Shown: positions 45,103-53,897 of the stretch, piece after piece
Layout of the letters: each line of letters opens with the position of its first letter
Numbering within the stretch: the stretch's first letter is position 1
Assembly: GCA_016927245.1 (NCBI GenBank)
Contig: JAFGNA010000011.1
Location: forward strand, 29,330 to 93,329
Origin: Candidatus Woesearchaeota archaeon
GTDB lineage: Archaea > Nanobdellota > Nanobdellia > Woesearchaeales > WJKR01
Length of the DNA: 64,000 nt
Direction of reading: 5' to 3'
Notes under the pieces: generated by a model
Database searches by the model: none
The model's input: only the letters and a program-made list of their open reading frames with translations
What the model was told of the DNA's origin: nothing
Position numbers and translations under genes: made by a program

Positions 45103-45239
45103 AAAAAACTATACTGTTGTATTTTTTACCAGATATTTTTAAACTTCGCTCGACGAGAAGCGCCCAACTAGTCTTTTCCATGAGAAACGGAGGGGGTTCC
45201 GCCTCCGCAACACACATTTCCTCATATCTAGTTTGATTT

Positions 45240-45342
45240 AAAAAAAGATTTATAAAGGGGAAGTGTTTTCCCCTTAAAAGAGACCCGCAGTTCATCTGGT
45301 GTGGGGGATGAAACCAAGAAGGTCTTCCGAAGGTGATACCCT
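45240..45342 (+). promoter_or_regulatory. tbp promoter: TATA TTTATAAA preceded by an A-rich BRE region, with downstream palindrome GGGGAAgtgtTTTCCCC
   Basis: aaaaaaagatttataaaggggaagtgttttcccc lies about 60-95 nt upstream of the tbp ATG. Confidence 0.5.
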
Positions 45343-45900
45343 ATGGCAGCAACCAAGGAACCCAAACCGCAAGACATCCAAGTGGTAAACATCGTCGTCT
45401 CCACCAGCCTAGGACACGACATCCCCTTGGAGAAGATGGCAGCCACCCTGTCCAACACTGAGTACAACCCAGAACAATTCCCAGGACTGGTCATCAGGAT
45501 AAAAGACCCCAAGACCTCCGCCCTAGTCTTCAGCAGCGGCAACGTCGTGTGCACCGGTGCGCGCAGCATTCCCAAAGTAGAAGAGAGCATCCAGAAGATC
45601 ATCGAATCCCTGGAGAAGATCGGCATCACCATCACCATCAAGCCGAAAATCAACATCCAGAACATCGTCGCCTCAGGCAACATCGGCACAGACCTCAACC
45701 TGAACACCCTGGCGATGAAGCTGGACAACACGGAATACGAGCCGGAACAATTCCCAGGACTCGTCCTCAAGCTGAAAGAAGCAAAAGCGACGTTCCTGCT
45801 CTTCAGCAACGGCAAGGTCGTGTGCACCGGTACCAAATCGGAAGCCATGGTACACGAGGCACTGGACAAGCTGGTGGAAAAGCTTAAGACCGTGATGTGA
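45343..45900 (+). CDS. tbp: TATA-box binding protein
   Basis: Two TBP repeats: QNIVASGNIGTDLNL, EYEPEQFPGLVLKL, KVVCTGTKS. 185 aa. Downstream hairpin plus T-run terminator at about 45903-45935. Confidence 0.95.
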   Translation: MAATKEPKPQDIQVVNIVVSTSLGHDIPLEKMAATLSNTEYNPEQFPGLVIRIKDPKTSALVFSSGNVVCTGARSIPKVEESIQKIIESLEKIGITITIKPKINIQNIVASGNIGTDLNLNTLAMKLDNTEYEPEQFPGLVLKLKEAKATFLLFSNGKVVCTGTKSEAMVHEALDKLVEKLKTVM

Positions 45901-45974
45901 TTCCCTCCTGCATGCCAGGAAGGGCTTTTTTATACGTGATAAACCTCTTGATGAAGTAGTGCGAACCAGGTGGT

Positions 45975-48002
45975 GTGATGGACGCGACAGCGCAAGTGAC
46001 GAAGTTCAGCGAGTTCTTCGAGAGCGTATGCTACGAGGACCTAGTCAAGGCGGTCAGCAAGGGGAACAAGCACATCATCATCCCCTTCAACGAGCTCTCC
46101 CAATTCCACGTCGAACTCGCAGAAGACCTCCTCGACGACCCGGAGAACGTCCTCCTGGCGGCCAGGCACACCATCGAGCAGATGGACCTCGGCGGCGACA
46201 CCAAAGGATTCGAGGTACGATTCTCCAACCTGCCGCAAACCACGCATATCAAGGTCAGAGACATCAGGAGCAAGCACATCGGCAAGTTCCTCCAGATGGA
46301 AGGCATCGTCCGCCAGAAATCAGACGTCCGCCCGCAAGTCACCTCTGCCCGTTTCGAATGCCCGAGCTGCGGCAACATCATCCCAGTCCTCCAGCTCGAC
46401 CAGAAATTCAAGGAGCCGCACACGTGCGCGTGCGGCAGGAAAGGTCAGTTCCGGCTCATCCACAAGGAGCTCGTCGACGCCCAGAAGATAGTCCTAGAAG
46501 AGGCACCAGAGGACATGGAAGGAGGAGAGCAGCCTAAAAGGCTGAACATCTTCCTCAAGAACGACCTCGTTTCCCCCATAACCGACAAGAAGACCAACCC
46601 GGGCAGCAAGGTCCGCCTCACAGGAATCGTCAAGGAAATCCCCATCATCCTCGCCACGGGCGGCAAGTCCATCAGGTTCGACCTAGTGTGTGAGAGCAAC
46701 CATGTCGAGCCCGTGCAGGAAGAGTTCACCAACATCGTCCTGAAGCCGGAAGAGGAGGAGCGCATCAAGGAGCTAAGCAAGGACCCCAACGTCTTCGACA
46801 TCCTCGCCAAGTCATTAGCGCCGACCATCTACGGCCACGAGCGCATCAAGGAAGCCCTACTCCTGCAATTGTTCGCCGGCGTGAAGAAGACCAGCGACGA
46901 CGGCGTCTCGCGAAGAGGAGACATCCACATCCTGCTCATCGGGGACCCGGGCGCGGGGAAAAGCCAGTTGGTGCGCCGCATGAGCGTCGTGGCGCCGAAG
47001 AGCCGGTTCATCAGCGGCAAGGGCGCCTCCGGCGCCGGCATGACCGCCTCCGTCGTGAAGGACGAGTTCCTCCGTGGCTGGGCGCTGGAAGCAGGGGCGT
47101 TAGTGCTCGCCAACAAGGGCATCGCCTGCATCGACGAGATGGACAAGATGAGCCCCGAGGACACCAGTGCCATGCACGAGGCGCTCGAACAACAAACAGT
47201 CACCATCAGCAAGGCGAACATCCAAGCGACGTTGCGGTGCGAGACGACCGTCCTCGCAGCCGCCAACCCGAAGCTCGGCCGCTTCGACCCGTACGACCTG
47301 ATAGCCAAGCAGATCGAGATGCCCTCAACGCTCATCAACCGCTTCGACCTCATATTCCCCATGAAGGACCTCCCAGACCCTGAGCGCGACGACCAAATGG
47401 CCTCATTCATCCTCAACCTCCATCGTGGCGAAGCAGGAGAGAAGCAGGAAGGATTGCTCGAGACCGACTTCGTCAGGAAATACATCGCGTACGCCAAGCA
47501 GCACATCAGACCAGAGCTCACGGACGACGCGCTAGCAGAGATCAAGAAGTACTACGTGCAGATGCGCAACCAAGGCACCAACGAGGGAGCGATCTCCGCC
47601 ATCCCCATCTCCGCGCGCCAGCTCGAGGCATTGGTGCGTCTGGCAGAGGCGAGCGCGAAGTCCCGCCTCTCCCCCAAGGTGACCAAGAAGGACGCGCAGC
47701 GAAGCGTCGAGCTCGTCCACTACTGCCTCCGCCAGATAGGCATGGACCCTGATACGGGAAGGATGGACATCGACCGCATCACCACCGGCATCACCGCCTC
47801 GCAACGGAGCAACATCGCCATCGTCAAGGAAGTCATCTCGGAACTGGAGAGCGCGCTCGGCAAGATGATACCTGTGGATGACGTCGTGCGCGAGGCAGAG
47901 ATCAAAGGCGTGTCACAGGACAAGACGACGGAGATCGTGGAGCGGTTGAAGCGGAGCGGCGACCTCTTCAGCCCGAAGAACGGGTTCATCAGCAAGATAT
48001 GA
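45975..48002 (+). CDS. mcm: MCM replicative helicase
   Basis: Zn finger CPSCG..C.C. Walker A GDPGAGKS, Walker B CIDEMDKM, arginine finger SRFDL. C-terminal wH. 675 aa, no intein. Confidence 0.95.
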   Translation: MMDATAQVTKFSEFFESVCYEDLVKAVSKGNKHIIIPFNELSQFHVELAEDLLDDPENVLLAARHTIEQMDLGGDTKGFEVRFSNLPQTTHIKVRDIRSKHIGKFLQMEGIVRQKSDVRPQVTSARFECPSCGNIIPVLQLDQKFKEPHTCACGRKGQFRLIHKELVDAQKIVLEEAPEDMEGGEQPKRLNIFLKNDLVSPITDKKTNPGSKVRLTGIVKEIPIILATGGKSIRFDLVCESNHVEPVQEEFTNIVLKPEEEERIKELSKDPNVFDILAKSLAPTIYGHERIKEALLLQLFAGVKKTSDDGVSRRGDIHILLIGDPGAGKSQLVRRMSVVAPKSRFISGKGASGAGMTASVVKDEFLRGWALEAGALVLANKGIACIDEMDKMSPEDTSAMHEALEQQTVTISKANIQATLRCETTVLAAANPKLGRFDPYDLIAKQIEMPSTLINRFDLIFPMKDLPDPERDDQMASFILNLHRGEAGEKQEGLLETDFVRKYIAYAKQHIRPELTDDALAEIKKYYVQMRNQGTNEGAISAIPISARQLEALVRLAEASAKSRLSPKVTKKDAQRSVELVHYCLRQIGMDPDTGRMDIDRITTGITASQRSNIAIVKEVISELESALGKMIPVDDVVREAEIKGVSQDKTTEIVERLKRSGDLFSPKNGFISKI

Positions 48003-48012
48003 GGTTCGTGCG

Positions 48013-48648
48013 ATGGCAGACGAGCGACCGGTGAAGCGGCAGACCGCGCATCCCTGCTCCGCGAGCGTCATCGCCCAAGGGACGTACGTGCGCCACGAAG
48101 GATGGGAGCCCAACTTCCTCGCCACCCCCCTCGGCGCGCTCTCACGGGTGAGCATGGCAGGGGTGATCGTGCAGCAAGAGCATTCCCAGGCGTCATTGGA
48201 CGACGGCACCGGCACCGTGGTGCTGCGATCGTTCGATGACGACCTCTCCTCATTCTCCGTGGGCGACACGGTCCTCGTCGTCGGGAGGCCGCGCGTGTAC
48301 GCCGAGCAGACTTACATCCTCATAGAGATTATCAGGCGTTTGGGCTCCCGAGCGTGGCTCAAGTACCACGCGGAGCGGCGGGAGCTGCTCCAACGCCACA
48401 TCCCGCCTGTGCCCGTTTCCGAGGCGCCTTCGCGCCCGGCGCCCCCCGCGCTGCCAGTCCAGGGACGGGCGCCCAGCGCCGCTCCTTCACTCATCACCGT
48501 CATCCGCGAGCTTGACCGGGGAGAAGGCGCCCCGACCGACGAGGTGCTGCGTAAGGCAGGTCCTGGCGCTGAGGAGAAGCTGCGCTCCTTGATAGCGGAG
48601 GGCGAGGTGTTCGAGCTCCGCGCCGGCAAGGTCAAGGTGTTGGAGTAA
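48013..48648 (+). CDS. OB-fold protein with C-terminal winged-helix (RPA32-like architecture), immediately downstream of mcm
   Basis: Central beta-rich region GTGTVVLRSFDD...VGDTVLVVGRPRVY suggests an OB fold. C-terminus LITVIRELDRGEGAPTDEVLRKAG...EGEVFELRAGKVKVLE is wH-like. Family assignment tentative. Confidence 0.4.
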   Translation: MADERPVKRQTAHPCSASVIAQGTYVRHEGWEPNFLATPLGALSRVSMAGVIVQQEHSQASLDDGTGTVVLRSFDDDLSSFSVGDTVLVVGRPRVYAEQTYILIEIIRRLGSRAWLKYHAERRELLQRHIPPVPVSEAPSRPAPPALPVQGRAPSAAPSLITVIRELDRGEGAPTDEVLRKAGPGAEEKLRSLIAEGEVFELRAGKVKVLE

Positions 48649-48862
48649 ACCTTAAATATGAGAGGTGTCCTGTTCTTCTCCTGATGGTACCCCGACGTTC
48701 AGGAACGGGTTCATTCTTTGCTTTCACGTACTGCTATTTTCGGTGAGCGATCCCTCGCCCGCCTCAACTCCTTTCATGGTCTTCTTGCCTGGGACGAACC
48801 ACGGGCGATCACTGGCAAGATAGACCTTTTTTTCCCAGGACTCATCATGGAGGTTATTCATC

Positions 48863-49183
48863 ATGGAACTCAAGGAAGCATTATCTGGTGTCCTCGGGTA
48901 TGACGGAGGCGTTTCTGCCAACACGTGCCCGGAGGTCGTAGGCCATTGCTTGGAAGTGATTACGTGCCAGCTCGCGGTGCTGCGCGAGCACGATGACGAC
49001 AAGGGGTTGTCTCGATCACTCTATCGTCAAGCAACGAGCGTCATCGGCGTGAAGGGGTACGTCTTGCTGCGTGCCCTCGGCGTTGAGCATCCCGAGCGGG
49101 TGTCCGTCGTGGTCGATGAGCATGTTGATTACCGGAGCCTTGCAGGGGTGATGGGCGTCGCTGCGTGGTACGCGCACCGCTAG
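48863..49183 (+). CDS. Hypothetical protein (106 aa)
   Basis: Longest GC3-rich ORF in the 48650-49190 gap. Competing antisense ORF at 48724-49002. No motifs. Confidence 0.25.
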   Translation: MELKEALSGVLGYDGGVSANTCPEVVGHCLEVITCQLAVLREHDDDKGLSRSLYRQATSVIGVKGYVLLRALGVEHPERVSVVVDEHVDYRSLAGVMGVAAWYAHR

Positions 49184-49464
49184 TGGCGTTTGGCTTTTCG
49201 CTCGACGACAATCCTTTCATGAACGCCGAGGTAGACGAGTCCTGCAACCACGACGAGCGCGATGGTCGCCCAGAGCAGGACGTTCATCGACGCTATCTCC
49301 TCTGGCAGCGGCGCTCCCGGCTCGGTCATGCCGATGCCGCCGTCTTCCCGGAAGTACATGGCTTCTCCAGTGGCGTCGCGGTAAGTCTGCATGTTCGCGC
49401 TGAGCGAGAGGATGCTGAATAATCCCAGGACGACCAGGACCACGTGGATGGTTTTCTTGTGCAT
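49180..49464 (-). CDS. Small membrane protein (2 TM)
   Basis: 94 aa. Two hydrophobic helices flanking a short acidic loop. Confidence 0.4.
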   Translation of the reverse strand: MHKKTIHVVLVVLGLFSILSLSANMQTYRDATGEAMYFREDGGIGMTEPGAPLPEEIASMNVLLWATIALVVVAGLVYLGVHERIVVERKAKRH

Positions 49465-49479
49465 GTTTTTTTCCCTCTC

Positions 49480-50334
49480 TCAAAAGATGATGGGTGTCAC
49501 CCATACCTCGAGCACGGCCGCGATGACGAGCAGTCCGAAGCTGACGAGGAAGAGGTCTGCGCTGTCGAGGAGTATGTGCTCGAACTTCCTCGTGCCGAAG
49601 TCGTGTCGTATGATGGCGATGCTGATGATGCCGCCCGCGAGCCCGGCGGTGAAGTATGCGAGTATCTCGGGAACGCCGTGGATGACGTATTTCAGCAATC
49701 CTATGCCGATGATGCTGAAGTACTGCGCGGCCTTCTCGATGCCGATGAGGTGCGCGTAGCTGGCGAGGTTGCCCCGTATGAAGTTGCCGATGGCCACTCC
49801 TATCACCGAGGCGTTCCAGGTGAGGATGAAGATGGCGCCTGCGCCGTACAGCACGGAGAAGATGCCGCAGAAGATCATGACTTTGATGTTGTTGAGGAAG
49901 ATGTGCGTGAACACGGCGAGCTGCTCTTGGAACGTCTGCCCGGTGATGCTGCCGTTGATGTTGTTGATGGTGTTGGTCTGGCTCTCGAACAGGGTGCCGA
50001 CCGTGTCGACGGGCAGCACGGTGTACCATAGCACGCACGCGATGGTCATGCCGAGGAAGAGGTACATGAAGAAGCTGAGGGCTTTGCCGTGCTCCTGCAG
50101 CAACGCCCTCTCCGGGAGGTCCTTGAGGTCTTTCTCTTCTTCGTACTTGATCGTGTTGTACATTAGTGGCACGGCTGCTATCGCGGCGAGGAAGACGAAT
50201 ATCATGCTCGCGTAGCTGTAGAACACCCAGAGGCCGAGGCCGATGGCGACGCTGGCGTACAGGAACCCGTACAGGACCATCCTGCCAGGGGTCTTCTCTG
50301 CCTTGGCGGGGTTGATGAGGGATTCGAGGACCAT
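49480..50334 (-). CDS. SpoIIM/DUF95-like polytopic membrane protein
   Basis: GIFSVLYGAGAIFILTWNASVIG and the overall 6-TM topology resemble the stage II sporulation protein M family (PF01944) that is widespread in archaea. Confidence 0.45.
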   Translation of the reverse strand: MVLESLINPAKAEKTPGRMVLYGFLYASVAIGLGLWVFYSYASMIFVFLAAIAAVPLMYNTIKYEEEKDLKDLPERALLQEHGKALSFFMYLFLGMTIACVLWYTVLPVDTVGTLFESQTNTINNINGSITGQTFQEQLAVFTHIFLNNIKVMIFCGIFSVLYGAGAIFILTWNASVIGVAIGNFIRGNLASYAHLIGIEKAAQYFSIIGIGLLKYVIHGVPEILAYFTAGLAGGIISIAIIRHDFGTRKFEHILLDSADLFLVSFGLLVIAAVLEVWVTPIIF

Positions 50335-50412
50335 GCCTTTTCCGTGACGACGCTGTTTATATAGTTTTTCTTCGCGGAATCTTTAAATGTCATTCGTGTT
50401 CCTCTTGTTTCC

Positions 50413-50604
50413 ATGCGGGTCCTTATCGAGCCGGCAGGGGAGGAGTTGTCTTCCTTCGCGCCTGATGTGCGCTCCTTATTGGAGGAGCATTCCTTGCATC
50501 CTTCCTCGGTGCTCGTGGTGCGTAACGGCGTCTTGGTCACTGAGGACGAGCCTTTATTGCCTGACGATGAGGTCAGGTTGTTGCGTGTCATGAGCGGCGG
50601 CTAG
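50413..50604 (+). CDS. ThiS/MoaD-fold small ubiquitin-like sulfur carrier ending in Gly-Gly (SAMP/TtuB-like)
   Basis: 63 aa, C-terminus ...DEVRLLRVMSGG then stop. Beta-grasp pattern. Confidence 0.7.
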   Translation: MRVLIEPAGEELSSFAPDVRSLLEEHSLHPSSVLVVRNGVLVTEDEPLLPDDEVRLLRVMSGG

Positions 50605-50643
50605 CAGTGATATTTATAAACTTCCGGTGCTTCTTGGGCGTCC

Positions 50644-51507
50644 ATGGAGTGCGCGGTGTGCGGCGGGAAGGCGGTGTTCTCTGCTCCCGCGCTCTGCGAG
50701 GAGCATTTCTGCGAGCACGTCGAGTTGGTGGTGCGGGAGACTGTGGAGCGGTACGGGTTGTTCACCAGGGACGACCGGGTGTGCGTCGCCGCGTCCGGCG
50801 GCAAGGATTCCTCTGTCGCGTTGCACGTCTTGCAAGCGCTCGGCTATCGCGTCGAGGCGTTGGCAGTGGATGAGGGCATCGCTGGCTATCGCGAAAGCAC
50901 CCTCGCTTGCTTGCGCTCGCTCTGCGATGAGCGAGGTATCCCTCTCCGGGTCGTCTCTTTCGCGGAGGAGGTCGGTGCGCCGCTGGATGACTTGGTCAAG
51001 GGTCGTCGCCCGTGCAGCGTGTGCGGCGTGTTCAGGCGTTCCTTGCTGAACAAGCACGCGAAGGGGTGCGACGTCCTCGTGACCGGGCACAACTTGGATG
51101 ACGAGTCGCAGTCAGTGCTGATGAACCTGGTTAAGGCGAGCGGCGGCCGTTTGCGGAGGGGCTATCTTCGTTCCCCCTCTGCCGAGGGTTTCGTCCCGCG
51201 TGTCAAGCCTCTCGCGCGCTTGTCTGAGCGTGAGGTGTTGGCGTACGCCTTCTTGCAGGGGTTGCCGTCCTCGTCAGGGGTGTGCCCGTACGCGCGTTCC
51301 TCGCTCCGGTTCCGGGTGCGCGACGTCTTGGACGAGTATGAGGCGGCGCGCCCTGGCATGAAGCGTTCTTTGGCGGACGCGGCGCTGCGCGTCTCTGCGC
51401 CTGTCGCGAGCTCGTTCTCCGCGTGCCCGGTGTGCGGCGGCCCTGCCGCTGGTGGGGTGTGCCGTGCGTGCTCGTTGCGCGAGGAGTTGCTGGGTGATGC
51501 TCCTTGA
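50644..51507 (+). CDS. ttuA: PP-loop ATPase of the TtuA/Ncs6/NcsA tRNA 2-thiolation family
   Basis: SGGKDS PP-loop. N-terminal CAVCG...C..C, central CSVCG, C-terminal CPVCGG..x..CRAC zinc/Fe-S Cys clusters. Directly after the GG carrier gene. Confidence 0.75.
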   Translation: MECAVCGGKAVFSAPALCEEHFCEHVELVVRETVERYGLFTRDDRVCVAASGGKDSSVALHVLQALGYRVEALAVDEGIAGYRESTLACLRSLCDERGIPLRVVSFAEEVGAPLDDLVKGRRPCSVCGVFRRSLLNKHAKGCDVLVTGHNLDDESQSVLMNLVKASGGRLRRGYLRSPSAEGFVPRVKPLARLSEREVLAYAFLQGLPSSSGVCPYARSSLRFRVRDVLDEYEAARPGMKRSLADAALRVSAPVASSFSACPVCGGPAAGGVCRACSLREELLGDAP

Positions 51508-52259
51508 CTCGTTCGTGGGATCGTCGTTGGCGTATCTTCAAGGATTCGGTGCACCTCGAGCTCAGCGTTATGCGTCACAAGTTGTCAGATCAAGGCTTGC
51601 TCTCGTCGTTCTTCAAGCTCGTCCTCATAGTCTTCCTTCTCTTCTTCGTCGGCTCGGTCGTGACGTTCTTGTTCACGGATCAGGCGCACCTCTCATCGTT
51701 CGTCTCTTCCGCCGGCGCGTGGGGGCCGCTCCTCATCATCGGGTTCATCATCCTCGAGGTGGTGTTGGCGCCTGTTCCTGGCACGTTCATCATGGTCGCT
51801 GCCGGCGCGTTGTACGGTACTTGGCTGGGCGCGTTGTACAGCTATGCTGGTAACGTGCTTGGCTCCTTGCTCGCGTTTTTCCTCGCGCAGCGGTTCGGTC
51901 GGCCGTTCGTGGAGCGCATCATCTCGCACAGCAATCTCCGCCGCTATGACCGGTTCTTCAAGGACAACCGTCATTGGGTATTGTTGTTCTACATGCTGCC
52001 GGTCATCCCGGTGGACATCTTGAGCTTCACGTGCGGCTTGTCATCGTTGCGTTGGCGGCGCTTCCTCACGGTCATCATGGTCGGCTTCATCCCGAACACG
52101 CTTATCCTTGCGTTCTTGGGCGAGCAGCTTGCGGGCTTGAGCTTGGTCGCTATGGTGTTCTACACCTTGCTGTTCCTGCTCGTGTTCTCGTTGCTGTCCT
52201 GGTTGTTCCGCTTGCTGGTCAAGCGGCACAAGCAGCGAAGGATGGAGAAAGATATTTAA
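51504..52259 (+). CDS. DedA/SNARE-associated (TVP38/TMEM64) family membrane protein
   Basis: VLAPVPGTFIMVAAGALYG, FFLAQRFGRPFVERI motifs. 4-nt overlap with the ttuA-like gene. Confidence 0.6.
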   Translation: MTRSWDRRWRIFKDSVHLELSVMRHKLSDQGLLSSFFKLVLIVFLLFFVGSVVTFLFTDQAHLSSFVSSAGAWGPLLIIGFIILEVVLAPVPGTFIMVAAGALYGTWLGALYSYAGNVLGSLLAFFLAQRFGRPFVERIISHSNLRRYDRFFKDNRHWVLLFYMLPVIPVDILSFTCGLSSLRWRRFLTVIMVGFIPNTLILAFLGEQLAGLSLVAMVFYTLLFLLVFSLLSWLFRLLVKRHKQRRMEKDI

Positions 52260-52282
52260 ACTTCTTTTTTTGTGTCAGGGTT

Positions 52283-52561
52283 ATGAGGCGTTTCTTGTTC
52301 TGGGCCGGCGGGTTGGTCTTGGTCTTGGTGCTGCTCTCGTCGTTCGCTTCCGGCTTGTTCCCGAGGCACGTCGCGTGCGAACAGTACTACGGGTCGTATG
52401 CTAACCCGGTGAGCGCTCCGGAGCAGACCTCTACGGCCGTGGCGCCTGATTGGTTTATCCTTGCTGAGTGCCAGGGCGTGCAGAATGACTTGTACTTGGC
52501 GTATTATTTCATCGCGGTCGGCGCGGCGCTGGTCGGTATCGGTTTCGTGACGGGGAGGTGA
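52283..52561 (+). CDS. Small secreted/membrane protein
   Basis: MRRFLFWAGGLVLVLVLLSSFASG signal-like N-terminus and C-terminal TM. ATG at 52283 with TATA about 27 nt upstream. Confidence 0.35.
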   Translation: MRRFLFWAGGLVLVLVLLSSFASGLFPRHVACEQYYGSYANPVSAPEQTSTAVAPDWFILAECQGVQNDLYLAYYFIAVGAALVGIGFVTGR

Positions 52562-52791
52562 GTTTTTTTTTGTCGATTCCTTTCGAGCAATCGTTGGTGA
52601 ATTGGTTGTTGCTGGGCGGCGTGGTCGCGATACTGTACGGGTTGCGGTATTTGGTCTTGCTGGAGCGGCGGTTGGCGTCGGTCGAGGAGAACATCCGGGA
52701 GGTGCTTCGTAGGTTGGAGTTGGATGAGCGTGAGATCTTGTTGCGGGAGAAGCTCATCGAGAAGGCGGTGCTGAAGCGGTCTCGGAAGTGA
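52558..52791 (+). CDS. Small membrane protein with C-terminal coiled coil
   Basis: 77 aa, one TM then LERRLASVEENIREVLRRLELDERE. Overlaps the previous gene by 4 nt. Confidence 0.35.
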   Translation: MSFFLSIPFEQSLVNWLLLGGVVAILYGLRYLVLLERRLASVEENIREVLRRLELDEREILLREKLIEKAVLKRSRK

Positions 52792-52804
52792 TGGTTGGGT
52801 CTTG

Positions 52805-53080
52805 CTATAGTTGGTTGACGATGTAGAGGTAGGTCAGGGTCGCTTCACCGTCGTTGCGGACGTCGTGTTCCTGTTCTTTTTTGATGTAGTGCGTCTCTCC
52901 TCGTGTTATGGTCGTCGTGTTCCCTTCTTCCAGCACGGTCGCCGTCCCTTCGAGGATGACGAGGATTTCTTCCTTGTTCTCGGTCGTGTGCGCGCCTACG
53001 TTCTCGCCCGGTCGTAGCGTGACTCGTCCTGCTTTGAGCCGTTCGCTTCGTGGTGGTTTGATGATGCTGTCGCTTTCCAT
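52805..53080 (-). CDS. Cupin-domain protein
   Basis: LRPGENVGAHTTENKEEILVILEGTATVLEEGNTTTITRGETHYIKKEQEHDVRNDG matches the cupin_2 pattern (G.H.H...E..yvl.G). Confidence 0.6.
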   Translation of the reverse strand: MESDSIIKPPRSERLKAGRVTLRPGENVGAHTTENKEEILVILEGTATVLEEGNTTTITRGETHYIKKEQEHDVRNDGEATLTYLYIVNQL

Positions 53081-53768
53081 CTTCTTGCAATCCCTCTTTT
53101 TCTTTCTTCGTTAATGGTCGCCAGGTGCCTTCTGGGATGTTTAGCCTGACGTCGCCGATGGCGACGCGTTTCAGGTCTTTGACGTGGTATCCGAGCGCGT
53201 GGCAGTATTTCTTGACGATCTTGTTCCTGCCTTCGTGGATGGTGAGTTCGATGAGTTTTGGCTTGATCTTCCGTAGCTTTGCTTGTACGCGCCTGCCTTC
53301 TATGGTGATGCCTTTCCTCGTCCTTGCCATGGCTTCTTTGGTGAGTGGCTTGTCCAGGGCTGCTTGGTAGGTTTTCGTCGTCTTGTTGCTTGGGTGCATG
53401 ATTCGTTGGGCGAAGTCGCCGTCCGAGGTGAGGAGGAGCAGTCCTCTCGCGTCCCTGTCGAGCCGCCCGACGGGGTAGACTGGTCTCGGTACGCCTTTGA
53501 GGAGTTCCATGACGTTCTTGCGTCCCCAGAGGTCTGTTCTCGTGGTGAGGTAGCCTGATGGTTTGTGCAGTGCGAGGTAGAGGTGTGCTTCTTGCGTTAT
53601 CCGTTGTTTCCCGGCCATGATGGTGTCTTTGTCGGGGTCTGCTTGGTCGCCGAGGGTTATCTTCTGCCCGTTCACCGTGACTTTGCCTGCGGCGATGAGC
53701 TCTTCGGCTTTGCGTCTGCTGCAGAATCCTGATGCGGCGATGATTTTCTGGACGCGTTGCCTGTGCAT
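52845..53768 (-). CDS. rsuA: RsuA/RluB-family rRNA pseudouridine synthase (bacterial type) with a ~75-aa Arg/His-rich C-terminal read-through tail
   Basis: S4 domain (RVQKIIAASGFCSRRKAEELIAAGKVTVNG) and catalytic VGRLDRDARGLLLLTSDG. After ...GTWRPLTKKEKEGL the frame stays open 236 nt into the cupin gene in another frame. Confidence 0.7.
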   Translation of the reverse strand: MHRQRVQKIIAASGFCSRRKAEELIAAGKVTVNGQKITLGDQADPDKDTIMAGKQRITQEAHLYLALHKPSGYLTTRTDLWGRKNVMELLKGVPRPVYPVGRLDRDARGLLLLTSDGDFAQRIMHPSNKTTKTYQAALDKPLTKEAMARTRKGITIEGRRVQAKLRKIKPKLIELTIHEGRNKIVKKYCHALGYHVKDLKRVAIGDVRLNIPEGTWRPLTKKEKEGLQEDGKRQHHQTTTKRTAQSRTSHATTGRERRRAHDREQGRNPRHPRRDGDRAGRREHDDHNTRRDALHQKRTGTRRPQRR

Positions 53769-53897
53769 GTCTTTTTGTTGTTGTCTTGGTGTTTTTAATG
53801 TTTTGGATATTTCTTTTCATTATGGTAATTTCTATATGGAACTTAATTTTTTCCCCCACCCGAACCTTTATAAACACGCTGTTGTTCTCCACCCACC
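53769..53897. promoter_or_regulatory. Divergent promoter region with the conserved palindromic motif GGTAATTTCTATATGGAACTTAAT (53825-53848) and TATA TTTATAAA (~53867) for rpl34e
   Basis: The same motif is found upstream of the rpl3 operon and pheS. Confidence 0.45.

Noticed and set aside
44402-45295. 297-aa minus-strand ORF overlapping the Zn-ribbon gene and the tbp promoter
   Set aside because: Codon third positions and a G-rich first position favour the plus-strand 135-aa gene. The minus ORF runs across the tbp promoter and ORB element and has no motifs.
37390-48002. Possible inteins in PolD DP2, MCM or Orc1
   Set aside because: Protein lengths are canonical (1180, 675 and 397 aa) and the motifs are contiguous. 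No Hint or LAGLIDADG blocks.
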